DNA of 64,000 nt. It comes from Leucoraja erinacea (Eukaryota). The notes beneath the pieces were generated by a model, which searched no databases, was not told the DNA's origin, and saw only the letters and a list, made by a program, of their open reading frames with translations. Both the position numbers and the translations under genes were made by a program. Below, in pieces: positions 23,248 through 35,254 of this stretch. Position 1 is the first letter of the stretch. The number at the start of each line of letters is the position of its first letter. The stretch spans positions 26,412,001 through 26,476,000 of the forward strand of contig NC_073403.1 of the NCBI RefSeq assembly GCF_028641065.1, given 5' to 3'.

Positions 23248-23900
23248 CTAGGTTTAGGTTTAGGTTTAGGTTTATTATTGTCACGTGTACAGAGGTACAG
23301 TGAAAAGCTTTGCTTTGCATGCTATCCAAACAGATCAGATACGTGCCATACTTAAATACAGTCAAGTCATACTCAAGTACTGTAGATAGAGTAATGGGGA
23401 AGATGCAGAGTCACCAACTGAGTGGATGCACAAAATATTTGGAGAGATCGAGAGCCCATCTAATGTACAATGCAGAAACTAGGGACTCCTAGCAATGGGA
23501 TAGAACCAGAGAGTACGCTTTCTATGGTGCACCAATAGACGTTTGTAATAGACATTGGAAACATGCCGAATTTCTTAAATCTCCTAATGCCCCTGTCCCA
23601 ATTAGGAAACCTGAAGGTTGCAGGTGGTTGCCGGAGGTTGCAGGTAGTGGAAGCAGGTAGGGAGACTGACAAAAAACCTCCGGGAACCGCACGGAAACCT
23701 TGGGTGGGGTGCAAAGTCTCCAGAGGTTTCCGTTCAGGTTTCTTAAGTGGGACAGGGGCATTAGGAAGTTGAGCCATTGATGTACCTTCCTGGTTGTCGC
23801 ATCAAGGTGCTTGGTCCATGAAAGATCATAGGCAATATTAATGCCAAGGAACTTGAAGCTCTCAATCATTTCCATGACTCTATTACTCTGACCCGTGGAT
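23248..23900 (-). mobile_element. Rex1/Babar fragment with (TTTAGG)n tail, interrupted by a MITE
   Basis: IESFKFLGINIAYDLSWTKH and YWCTIESVLSGSI motifs. Confidence 0.75.
23588..23760. mobile_element. MITE, Harbinger-like, type C
   Basis: TIR TGCCCCTGTCCCA..TAGGAAACCTGAA / TTCAGGTTTCTTAAGTGGGACAGGGGCA; flanks TAA/TTA. Confidence 0.8.
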
Positions 23901-24404
23901 TCTAGGTATCTAACAACAATAATTGTCTGGCACATCTGGTTCAGCATCATTCAGTCAAAAATAAGTAGTTGTTCTGTGACTATATTTTTGCTTACATTTC
24001 CAAAGATCTATCCCCAAGCTAAGCTCCATCCTCTGTTTGTTATTTTACCGATTCTTCTGAATATTTTTGTATAGTTTTGTTATTGTGAAGGGAAGCAAAG
24101 GACATTAATGGAAGCATTTGGATTTGACAAGGAATAGTTGTCAGCACACCAGTTGTCGGTTGATTCCAGTGGAAGTGGGGGATTCAGCAGAACAAAACAC
24201 TTTCATGAAATCAGTTCACTAAATCTACACTTTCTTGATGAGTAATCACTGTTGTAATAAAGAAAATATGGAAGCCATTTGAGGTAAAATTTCTAAAAGC
24301 AGGAATGTGATTATGATCAAACATGTAGTTTTGGTATTACTGACTTTAAGTCAAATACTGGTCAGGACTGTGAATAATTCCACTGTTTGTCTTTAGATCA
24401 CTGC

Positions 24405-24545
24405 CATGGAAGGAATGAAACCTCTGACAATGCAGCATTTCCCCAGATCTGAAGTAGTGGGTTAGTTTGAATATTTGTGGTCAAATCTCTGGAGTGAAAC
24501 TTGAACCCACAATCTTCTGACTCAAAAGATACCATCTGAACCATA
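24405..24545 (-). mobile_element. Old tRNA-derived DeuSINE-like (SacSINE1-like) 5' fragment
   Basis: CCTCTGACAATGCAGCA..TCAAATCTCTGGAGTGAAACTTGAACCCACAATCTTCTGACTCA (B-box GGGTTCAAGT on the minus strand). Confidence 0.55.
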
Positions 24546-24734
24546 CTTTCACAACGATTGTGCAAATTGGATACAATCAAAACATACTAGGCAGACATTA
24601 GTCAAGAGTGTTTAGTCAAGAGACATTAGTCAAGAGTGTCACACTAGACTAAGTGGGACCCGTTGGGTCCCAGCTTTACACGGGAGGGCTGGTCCCCCAA
24701 CGCAATATTCAACCTCTCCACCAATTCCAATATT

Positions 24735-24759
24735 TCACACACACAATCACACAATCACA

Positions 24760-24802
<43 letters not shown>

Positions 24803-24816
24803 TCCACCTCACACAC
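24735..24816. repeat. (CA)n microsatellite abutting the gap
   Basis: Direct reading. Confidence 0.95.
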
Positions 24817-25204
24817 NNNNNNNNNNNNNNNNNNNNNNNNNNNNNNNNNNNNNNNNNNNNNNNNNNNNNNNNNNNNNNNNNNNNNNNNNNNNNNNNNNNN
24901 NNNNNNNNNNNNNNNNNNNNNNNNNNNNNNNNNNNNNNNNNNNNNNNNNNNNNNNNNNNNNNNNNNNNNNNNNNNNNNNNNNNNNNNNNNNNNNNNNNNN
25001 NNNNNNNNNNNNNNNNNNNNNNNNNNNNNNNNNNNNNNNNNNNNNNNNNNNNNNNNNNNNNNNNNNNNNNNNNNNNNNNNNNNNNNNNNNNNNNNNNNNN
25101 NNNNNNNNNNNNNNNNNNNNNNNNNNNNNNNNNNNNNNNNNNNNNNNNNNNNNNNNNNNNNNNNNNNNNNNNNNNNNNNNNNNNNNNNNNNNNNNNNNNN
25201 NNNN
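24817..25204. other. Assembly gap (388 N)
   Basis: Run of n characters. Confidence 1.
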
Positions 25205-25940
25205 GTATGACAGTAAACTTTCTTGAATCTACTCACACGGCTGAGCACGGCCTCTCCACTCTGAGGCTTCTGCAGTCAGCGGCACTTTCACAATCAGCGT
25301 GATCTCTGCACTTACCAGAAATTACGCAATCTGCGCAACCTCTGCACTCACCGGAAGTCACAAAATGAGCGGGATTTCTGGACTAGGCACAGTTGGACCT
25401 AATAAAGCATTTATTCCTTCCAAACACAGTAAGACCTAATAAAGCATTTATTCCTTCCAAACACAGTTGGGTCTAATAAAGCATTTCAGTTTCAAGCACA
25501 GACAGGGCAGCAGGCCAAACAACTCATGGCATTGTCATTAAGGGCTGACAAATAATTTATTGCAAGTACATTGCAGACTCACAGTTCAGTTGATTCACAG
25601 CTTAGAATGATAGTCGTGGCCTCTCACTCGCGATCTTGCAGAGTGACTGACTCACGTCCAGGCATCCGCGGTTTTATAGTCCTGTCCCCTCGGAAGGGTG
25701 CCTTACCTTCATCGCGGTGATTGACAGGCTAGAGGACCAATCAGCTAATCTCAAGGTTTTTTAAACACTCATACGTTGTTATTTTTCATCGATGGGAAAA
25801 ATCCTCGGGGCTGGCTCAGTGGATGAGGACTGTGAATAAAATGGCCAAAAATCACAGCGATACAGGGCCGCGTTTTTTCTAAAAATCAATATACAGAAGC
25901 AGACAGGAAGTAGTCAAGATGATACTTTTAATTATATAGA

Positions 25941-26245
25941 TGTCCTAGATAGGACAATGAAATTCTTACTTGCTGCAGCACAACAGAACATGTAAACACA
26001 GTACACAATGGGAGAAAAAAAAGTTCAGTGTGTGTATATATACACATTCATACATACTCAATAAATAAACAAATATAGTGCAATAATAATAATAATAGTA
26101 TGTTATAGTTCAGAGGTTATTTGCTGTCGTGTTTAATAGCCCATTTAATAGTCTGGTAGGGAAGAAGCTGTTCCTGAATCTGGTCGTTACAGTTTTCAGG
26201 CTCCTGTACCTTCTTCCCAGTGGACATGGTGAAATTAGTGTGAGG
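25941..26245 (-). mobile_element. Rex1/Babar 3' end (host of the Helitron; tail continues at 24595-24643)
   Basis: GGGAAGAAGCTGTTCCTGAATCTGG..CCTGTACCTTCTTCCC; ACAATGAAATTCTTACTTGCTGCAGC. Confidence 0.7.
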
Positions 26246-26451
26246 CGAAATGAGTTATGAAAACAGGATAGTTTATTCATCTAAATGGATGGGGCCAAAA
26301 GTAAAAGTAAGCCCATTTGAAGGTTGTCCTCCAACCTGGAGTGAGAATAATAAGCCACCAGAACAACATAAACCACTGGAGATAAGGGAAGTGAAATTAG
26401 AACATGGAGTGGAGCATATGGAAGAACTATCAGAAAAGGTATATTAAGAAG

Positions 26452-26775
26452 GACACAACGGTGGCATAGTGGTGCAACTGGTAGAGCAGCTGCCTAACAG
26501 TGCCAAAGGCCCAGATTCTATCCTGATCTCTGGTGCAGACTTTCATAATTTCCTTCTGACCACTGGGGTTTCTCTGGGTGCTCCGGTTTCCTCCCACATC
26601 CCCAAAATACATGTGGGTGTATAGGTTAATTACACTCTGTAAAATTGCCCCTAATGCAAACAGAATGGATGCAAATGTGATTGAAATAGTGTTAAGGGGT
26701 GATCAATAGTCGACATGGAAATGGTGGCCCAGTGGTCTGTCTCCATGCTGTATCTTTCAATCAATTCAATCAAAA
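26452..26775 (+). mobile_element. HE1-type V-SINE with (TCAA)n tail
   Basis: GGTGCAACTGGTAGAGCAGCTGCC head, GGGTGCTCCGGTTTCCTCCCACATCCC core. Confidence 0.8.
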
Positions 26776-26782
26776 AAATCAA

Positions 26783-27105
26783 TGTGTAAAACGGAACTGC
26801 AGGTGCTGATTTATGCCGAAGAGAGACATAAAGTGCTGGAGTAACTCAGCAGTTCAGGCAGCATCATTGGAGAAAAAGAATGGGTGACGATTCGGGTCGG
26901 CACTCTTCTTCAGACTGTCTATCAATCAAAACACTGTTACAGACCTGAATGACAGAGGAGAATTAGCTACTTTCAGTCTGAAGAAAGGTCCTGACGCAAA
27001 ACGTTTGTGTGCACATTTCCCACCAGAAATGTTGTCTGACCGGTTGAGTCACTCCAGTGCTTTGCTATTTGCTCATGGTTCCAGCATCTGCAGTCCCTTG
27101 TATCT
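26783..27105. mobile_element. Two oppositely oriented Penelope-type arms
   Basis: 26783-26917 minus arm ending CTTCTTCAGACTG; 26974-27105 plus arm starting CAGTCTGAAGAAAGGTCCTGAC. Confidence 0.7.
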
Positions 27106-27864
27106 AGATAGTTTCAGCGGCCATTATGTGGCACCCTACCTAATCCTGTGGAGGACAGGGTAGTTTTATCTGCATGTTTAACACTAGTGGAGAAGCTGTT
27201 GGCATCATCTGGTCGAGCTTGGAATCCATGGGAAAATATTCTCCGACACTATTTTGCCATTTCAATGGCACATGCCTCAGCGTCCCTTGTACCTTTCAGA
27301 GATTTATGAAAGGTAGAGATTAAGTGGATTTTCTTTAAATTATTTTAAGGCAAGGCACTTTTGCAAATCACAAGCTTCTTTTTACTAATCAAACAAATAT
27401 GAAATGAAATGTTCATACTTCAACATGTTCCATTGAACAACAACTAAAATAAGTTCATAGATTAGTGAGATAAAGCAAAATAAATCTCAACCATCCATTG
27501 TAATTCCATCTTTCTAGTTTATGTCCAAATTCCTTTCCTATTACTGTCGAGAAGGATTATATTTGCATTATCTGCACTGTAAATCATCCTAAATGTACTC
27601 AATATGGGGCAGGTTGGTCAGGTATGACTAGGTTGCAGCAAAAAGATGAAAACTGATTTATTGAACTGTGTCAAGAATTTCTGATTTAAAGCCATATTGC
27701 TGTTCCTTTTCAGCACATGTTTCATCGTTGACTGAAGCCTGATATCTCCATAAAATTATGATAGAAACACCAGTTGTCTCCCATAGATGTTCAATCAAAC
27801 CAACGATTCCAGATCCAAAGGCAAATGGGAACTCGGAGAAGAAAGGGGAAAGATGGAGGAGGTT

Positions 27865-28238
27865 TTGGTTTAGGTTTATTATTGTCACGTGTACTGAGGC
27901 ACATTGAGAAGCTTTGTTTTGCATGCAATCATTTGAGAGAATACTGTACATGAATACATTCAAGACAAACTCAGGTACAATAGGTAGAGCAAAGGGATAC
28001 ATACTGAGTACAGAATATAGTTCTCAACATTGCAGCACACCAGTTCTGAGACAAAGTCCAATGTCCGCAATGGCGTAGAGGTGAATCGGGCAATAGCTAA
28101 TGGAAGGGCACTTCAGAAGCTGGATAACAGAGGGGAAGAAGCTGTTCCTAAGTCTGGTGGTGCACGCTTTCAAACTTCTGTATTTTCAATTTTATGAGAG
28201 CAGTATGAAGAAGGAATGAAAAAAGTGGGGCCAGTCTT
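27865..28238 (-). mobile_element. Rex1/Babar 3' end
   Basis: GGTTTAGGTTTATTATTGTCACGTGTACTGAGG tail; GGGAAGAAGCTGTTCCTAAGTCTGGTGG. Confidence 0.7.
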
Positions 28239-28787
28239 TAGAAACATAGAAACATAGAAAATAGGTGCAGGAGTAGGCCATTCAGCCCTTCAAGCCTGCA
28301 CCGCCATTCAATCTGATCATGGTTGATCATCCAACTCAGTATCCTGTACTTGCCTTCACTTCATACCCCCTGATCAATTTAACCACAAGGGCCACATCTA
28401 ACTCCCTCTTAAATGTAGCCAATCAACTGTCCTCAACTACTTTATGTGGCAGTGAATTCCACAGATTCACCACTTTGTGTGTGAACATTTTTTTTCTCAT
28501 CTCGGTCCTAAAAGACTTCCCCCTTATCCTTAAACCGTGATCCCTTGTTCTGGACTTCCCCAATATCGGGAACAATCTTCTTGCATCTAGTCTGTCCAAC
28601 CCCTTAAGAATTTTGTAAGTTTTTATAAGATTCCTCCTCAATCTTCTAAATTCTAGCGAGTATAAGCATATGAAAGTCCTGCCATCCCAGGAATCAGTCT
28701 GGTGAACCCTCTCTGTACTCCCTCTATGGCAAGAATGTCTTTCCTCAGATTAGGAGACCAAATCTGTACGCAATACTCCACGTGTGG
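28239..28787 (-). mobile_element. CR1 LINE 3' end (young family, more diverged copy)
   Basis: (AGAAACAT)n tail; ORFs 28423-28641 and 28653-28841 match the ORF2 C-terminus. Confidence 0.9.
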
Positions 28788-28789
28788 AG

Positions 28790-29710
28790 TAAATACAGAA
28801 CAGATCAGTGTGACCATATACCATTGAATATATATATACACACATTAATAATCAGATAAAGTGCAATGGGCTATTAATGTTCAGAGTTTTGTTTGAGTTG
28901 AGTTTAATAGTCTGATGGCTGTGGGGAAGCAGCTATTCCTGAACCTGGATGTTGCAGATTTCAGGCTTTTTCCTGTACCTTCTACCTGAAGGCAGCAGGG
29001 AGATGAGTGAGTGGCCAGGATGGTGTGGATCCTTAATGATGCTGGCAGCCTTTTTGAAGCAGCGACTGCGATAGATCCCCTCGATGGTAGGGAGGTCAGA
29101 GCCGATGATGGACCGGGCAATGTTTACAACTTTTTGCAGTCTTTTCCGCTCCTGGAGCCCTCAAGTTGCTGAACCAAGCCATGATGTAACCGGTCAGCAT
29201 GCTCTCTACTGTGCACCTGTAGAAGTTCGAGAGAGTCCTCCTTGACATACCGACTCTCCGTAATCTTCTCAGGGAGTAGAGGTGCTGATGTGCTTTCTTT
29301 ATAATTGCATCAATGTTCTCGGACCAGGAGAGATCTTCAGAGATATGCACGCCCAGGAATTTGAAGCTCTTGACCCTCTCCACCATTAACCCGTTGATAT
29401 AAACGGGACTGTGGTTCCCCATCCTGCCCCTTCCAAAGTCCACAATCAGTTTCCTATGTTTTGCAGGTTTTGAGAGCCAGGTTTTTGTGCTGGCACCATT
29501 TGGTCAAACGGTCGATCTCACTTCTATACTCATCTCCATCAGTGATACGTCCCACAACAGTGGTGTAGTCAGCGAACTTGATGATGGAGTTTGCACTATG
29601 ACCGGCTACGCAGTCATGAATATCGAGTGAGTACAGCAGGGGGCTGAGCACTCAGCATTGAGGTGATCCCATGCTGATTGTTATCGAGGCTGACACATTT
29701 CCACCAATAC
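28790..29710 (-). mobile_element. Rex1/Babar LINE fragment including RT C-terminal part
   Basis: LSPLLYSL..HDCVA..IIKFADYTTVVGRI; VKSFKFLGVHISEDLSW; TLSNFYRCTVES; TSRFRNSCFPTAIRLLN. Confidence 0.9.
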
Positions 29711-30179
29711 ATGATGCCCTCAAACCAATCTCCTCATTCTGCATGTGATCCACACCCTTCCATTCCCTGCATATCCGTTTCTATCTCAAGGCCTCTTAAA
29801 TGCCACTAACGTCTCTGCCTCCACCACCAAATGGCAACATGTTCCAGGTACTCGCTATGTAAAAAACTCTCCTTTAAAATCTACCCCTCTAACCACAAAG
29901 TCATCCAGTATAGAAACAGGCCTTTCTGCCCACTGATACCATGCCAATCATCAAGTAACTATTTTTGCTCATCCTATTTACTAGCACTTGGTCTGTAACC
30001 TCATACTCCTTGAGAATTCAGATGTTTGAGTCAACACTTAAATGTGTGAGAGTGCAGCCACTCCTTGAGTGATATGGCTTCCTGCTGACACTTTGTCTTC
30101 CAAACATTGCAGCTTGCGCTGCGTTTTGTAATCTCTTTCTCCCAGTAATGCCTCGCGGAAAGGGGATGATAACTAATAT

Positions 30180-30285
30180 TGAAGATAGACACAAAAAGCT
30201 GGAGTAACTCAGCGGGACAGGCAGCACCTCTGGAGAGAAGGAATGGGTGATGATTCGGGTCGAGATCCTTCCTCTGCAGTTCCTA
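30180..30285 (-). mobile_element. Penelope-type arm
   Basis: GAAGATAGACACAAAAAGCTGGAGTAACTCAGCGGGACAGGCAGCA..TTCGGGTCGAGA. Confidence 0.7.
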
Positions 30286-31099
30286 ATACCCCCATCATGC
30301 AAGAGCCTTGAAGTCTAGCCAGAGACTGCCATCGTCTGGCTTCACCCCCATCTAACACGCCATTCCTTATAGATTATGTCAACTTTAAGGAACCCAATAA
30401 ATCACTAAAGGCATCATTGTTACATTGGCAGGCAAGGTCCATTCAGACACAGACCTGCATTCGATGATAATTTCTTTAAGCACCATAGGCAATATGTTAA
30501 TGTTAATTCTGCTTTGCAAGATTAAGTGGGGGTGCAGTCCCAAGTTATTTTTTTCATACAAAATTAAATACTTTATTTCATAGAACATAATTAAGCTCCA
30601 ATCAAGCAGCAATGGGATCAAATCATTGTTCATCTGAAATTAGTGGTACTTGTGCTGAATTATTTACCAATAAAGGAAGCTGCTCCAATTCACTTAATGT
30701 TGCTTTCAGTTGCCTTCTGGAATCAATTTGCTGTGAAGAATTTGAAAAAAATGGCACTACAGAGCTGAAATTTGCAGCAATCATTCTTTGATATGCAAAT
30801 GGTTTAATTGCAGAGATGTTAAATTCTGATTCCCAAATGGAATATTTCCTGATGATTCATAGGAGACTATCAACTCGTTAAATTCTTGGCCAGTTTTTTA
30901 AGATCCCCATCATTTATGTCATCCTTGCTAATCCCAGATATCTCAATTCTTCAGCTGTTATGACCAGAGTCATCAATTTCAAGATTTTGTTCAAGATGTT
31001 ATCAGCATAAAGGCTATTTTTGAGCAGTTCAAGCAGTTTTAACGAGTTGATTACACATCAGATTTAAATGCAAAATACCATTGGCATGTGTCTGACTTT

Positions 31100-31342
31100 A
31101 GGTTTGTTTAGAGATACAGCATGAAAGCAGGCCCTTCGGCCCATCGAGTCCACGTCGACCATCGATCGCCTGTTTACACTAGTTCTATATTATTCCACGT
31201 TCTTATCCATTCTCTATACACTAGGGGCGATTTTACTGAGGCTTCTTGACTTTGGGATGTGCGTGGAAACCAGAGCACCCGGAGGAAACCCATGCGGTCA
31301 CAGGGAGAACGTACAAACTCCACACAGACAGCACCCGAGGTT
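31100..31342 (-). mobile_element. HE1-type V-SINE (partial)
   Basis: Tail and V-core in reverse complement. Confidence 0.8.
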
Positions 31343-32339
31343 TGCGTTGAACTTGTCTGTCATTGGGATGGGAATCATCTCTATATCTAGGATCAGGTGG
31401 CTATGTTGCCTTCAATGCCACCACTCCAGAGGATCTGTAACCCCGAGCACTACCATTACTGCTTTTTGCCAAATGACCCCTTCGACAGCAAATAACACAT
31501 CAGACATGAATTTCTTTCTCCACTGGCAATATTGGATTGGCAATATTTTCACCATCCTCCATTTTGTTTTAGATTTTCAGCACCTGCCATACACAGGGAA
31601 CTACTGCATTACAGGAGTTAGGAAACAGATATCATATCTTATAGAATTCATAAATCACTCACAAAGATCTGAGAAATTGAATACAGAATTTACTCATTAA
31701 ATTTTTTTTCCAACTTGTATTCATGACACATACACAAATGATGTGGCCTCACATTATGGAAAATTGTGATTCAGAAAACTTTTTAAGAACACAATTCCAC
31801 CTCCTACCCCCGGCCCTCATAATGCAGGGGTCCTCTGCACCTTTCTTACATTTCCCAGTTGGATTATATTTGGCTGCAGGGTTTTAAGCAGAACTTTCTT
31901 TTTGTGCTCACCTGGATATGCCAGGAAGCACTGTGAAAGTCATGTTTTTTTTTACTTCTCCAGTGCTTTTAACACCATCCGGCCTGTTCTGATGGGGAGC
32001 AAACTGACGAAGAAGCTTTGTGATGATACTTGAAGATAATTGATGTTTAGATGCATTGGATCACTGTAGTAACTGTGGATCATGACAGAGGCCTCCTCGT
32101 GGCGATCCCCAGAAACGTCGACACGATGCACTTTGTGACGCGTCGGGTGACCAATTCTGTCAACATGTTGGATGACGACGGAAGCCAAATGCGAGCTATG
32201 CGTCATCTGACACACGAGCGAATGAACTGTAATTACTATGGGAGAAGCAATTAACTGGGATTCAAGAAAACTCACTGGATTCACAGCACTTTTTAGATTC
32301 AATCAGAAGCCTTTGTTCCTGTAAGTGGAGAATGTATCC

Positions 32340-33025
32340 CGCCTGGTTCCTGTGCCAATGAGGGCACATCCCAGCTTCTCCAATGACTACAGCGATGACC
32401 TCGCACATCACAAAGTCCCTGGAGAGGCTGGTGCTCACTCATCTGTGACCACTGGTTAAACCCTACCTGGACCCCCGCAGTTTGTTTACCAAACAAAGGT
32501 GGGGGTTGAGGACATCATCGTCCACCTGCTCCTACGTTACAATGTTCACCTGTATAAGCCGGGAAGCGCAGTGAGAGTCATGTATTTTTACTTTTCCACC
32601 CTTTTAACACCATCCGTCCTGCACAGCTAGGGAGCAAACTGTCGAAGATGCGGGTGGATGCTCCTTCGGTGTCCTGGATCACCAACTATCTAACTGATCG
32701 ACCACAGTATGTCAGGCTACAGAACTGTGCCTCGGACATGGTAGTGAGCAACACAGGACCCCCACAGGGGACGGTCCTCTTTCCCTTCCTGTTCACCATC
32801 AACACCACGGACATCAGATACAACTCGAACTCCTGCCACCTGCAGAAGCTTTCGGATGACTGCAATTGTGGGCTGCATCAGTGAGGGGAGGTGTTGTCAA
32901 CGACTTTGTTGAATGGTGTGGGCTGAATCACTTGCAGCTCAACACTGACAAGACTAAGGAGTTAGTGGTGGACTTTAGAAGGAGAGGAACACCCCTGTCC
33001 CCTGTCTCCATCAATGGTGTGGATC
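32340..33025 (+). mobile_element. Rex1/Babar RT fragment (related short piece at 31900-32015; family tail at 33340-33478)
   Basis: WITNYLTDRPQYVRL..NTGPPQGTVLFPFLF..LQKLSDD; LQLNTDKTKELVVDFRR. Confidence 0.85.
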
Positions 33026-33967
33026 TCACTGAAAACAGACCAATTCTCAACAGTGAAGAGTCTCAGCGCATGCAGTTAACTCATCCTGATTCTTAGGAGA
33101 CCTATAATATAAGGAATACAATTTGTCACAAAATATCTGCCTTATAGCATCACCTACACACTGAGTTCAAGCCTGTGACGGGGCTATTGTTTTGCCACAA
33201 TAAAATATTCGCCACGACTAGGCTGGAAAAAAACTAGTACTTATGACTTTGAAGGCTAGAAAAAGTAAGGCTCTTGGTAAAACTTGTTGTGTTATTTGGA
33301 TCACCTCTCCACTTTGAAAAGGTTGATACTACTTATTTAATTTTCCCCATCCATTCTAATTTAACTGAAACACTTAATCTACTAATGCTCTTTGCTGATT
33401 TGTGTCGTTCTGACTGTTGGCAGACCAATTTACCTCCGGGAATGAATAGACAAAGATTTTTATCATATCGTATATGTTCTACAATATGAAGTGTACAGTA
33501 CTTCCAGAGTGGTCTATAGCGGACCAGCATTTTGATGGAAATCAGGGGTTTTAGGGTCTCAACCCAAAGTGTCACTAGGGGTACTCTAAGGTCCATGAGG
33601 CTGAGGTTGGGAAGGAGGGGGGGGATTTTTTTATGTGCGGTCATACCCATGTAAGAGTACAAGAATGCATAATTTGTCAAAACACAATTACATTTATTGT
33701 GTATTTATAATATAGTTTATTGTGTATTGTATGTCTTAGCTGCTTTCTTGCATCCCTCTCTCTCTCAGTTTACATTACAAAATGCCCCCATAATGGTATA
33801 TAATCTCAATATTTTATTTGAAATTGATGGCAAAAATAGACCAAAGTAAACAAGAGGAAGGAGCAAGAAATGGTGATGAGAAGAATTTAAATTATGTATA
33901 CAATATTTTGAACATTGGTTTAATTTATAGTAAATAGTTACACTAGTTGATCAAACTCAGTTGAATG

Positions 33968-34645
33968 TCAGAGTTGTACAGTGCAGCAATGGGCCCTTCA
34001 GCCCTCAACATCCACATTAACCTCTTTACCCCTCTGAACTAATTGCATTTTCTGCAGTGAGTCCACCTTTTTCTATGCCTTGGCTATTTAACTGCCTATC
34101 GAAATATCTTTTAAATGAGATGACTGCGTCTGATTCCACCACATCCTCTAGCAGGGAGGTCCAGACTCTGTGTGAAAAAATTCCCTTAAGTCCCCTTTAA
34201 AAATCATTTCTCTCACCTTAAATCTATGCCCTCTTGTTTCTGATACTTCTTTCATGGCAATAGGTTTTTGCCTATCTACCCTTCCTATGCCTCTAATAAA
34301 TGTATACACTTCTATCAGGTTATTACACTGCCTCCTATCACTCTAGAAAACCAACTCAAAATCTACAATGTTGACACTGAGTCTGAAGGGTCCTGACCCA
34401 AAACATCACATCTTCATGTCCTCCAGAGATACTGCCTGACCCGTTGAGTTCCCCCAGCACTTTGTGCCAACCTATACTATCTCTCCTCATGTCTATTATA
34501 ACTCATAACTAGGCAAAATCCTGGTACGTCCCCTGATGCAATCTCTCCAGCATATCTATGTCCTTCATATAGTGTTGCAACCAGAGCTGTAGACAATGCC
34601 CCAAGTGCAACCTAACTAGGGTTTTCTAAAGTTGCAACATAACAC
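33968..34645 (-). mobile_element. Old HER1-type CR1 3' region with a Penelope-type arm inserted at ~34378-34468
   Basis: CTCTGTGTGAAAAAATTCCC, CTATGCCCTCTTGT, CCAGAGCTGTAGACAATGCCCCAAGTG; insert GTCTGAAGGGTCCTGACCCAAAAC. Confidence 0.7.
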
Positions 34646-35254
34646 AACAATGGATATTAGTTTCTAATGACGTGCGGCAGGGATGGAATTGGGAGGAGGA
34701 TTCAAAAACTCACTCCGTAGTTCCTCAGAGCTTACATCTACATTTTTGCAGGCAAATGTTTACATATTAATCCTACTTTCACTTTTCCACTGTATTATTA
34801 GAATTTTCCAAGAAGTCAAAAATAAAAGAAAGCAAAAATAAAGCTGTTAATCCTGTCACCACACTATTCTAAATTTAACATGCAAGAGTTTTATGTTCCT
34901 TTTTAATTTGATGCATATAAAACTCCAAAGTATGATAATATTAATTATTTTAATGGGGTCAAGGAAAGTGCATTCACATCGCAGCCCTGTTTCCACCAAT
35001 CTTTCAACCACCGTATACAAGAAGCACAAGAAGCAACAAGACAGACACCATTGTGTGCAGATGCCGAGAAGTGTGTTCAGCTCTGGCTGAACAACTTCTA
35101 ATCTTGTGTGTGGACTGGATAAGAAGACGAATTATTTTAATATACAAAAGAGGAAAGAATGGAATTGCTGTGACTATGTGTGGGTTTTACATAAAACTAA
35201 ATGACAGTGCACAAGTTGAGATAACTGTTCCTTTTATTATAAATGTAAGGTGGT

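Larger units (their letters stand above)
24644..25940 (-). mobile_element. Non-autonomous Helitron spanning the assembly gap
   Basis: Minus strand starts TCTATATAATTAAAAG and ends CTAG; subterminal hairpin TGGGACCC-AAC-GGGTCCCA (24654-24672); inserted between A and T of a LINE tail (TGTCACA|TGTCC) with no TSD; internal (CA)n and ~38-bp tandem repeats. Confidence 0.85.

Noticed and set aside
23248-23272. (TTTAGG)n resembling a telomere repeat
   Set aside because: It is not TTAGGG, and it is the microsatellite tail of a Rex1-type LINE (also at 27865).
24653-25248. 179-187 aa ORFs
   Set aside because: Artefacts of (CA)n and the N gap.
25396-25487. ~38-bp direct repeats that could suggest a CRISPR-like array
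   Set aside because: Head-to-tail tandem repeats without unique spacers, inside a eukaryotic Helitron.
34716-34790. Minus-strand AG..GTGAGT-bounded segment
   Set aside because: Stops in all three frames and no other support.
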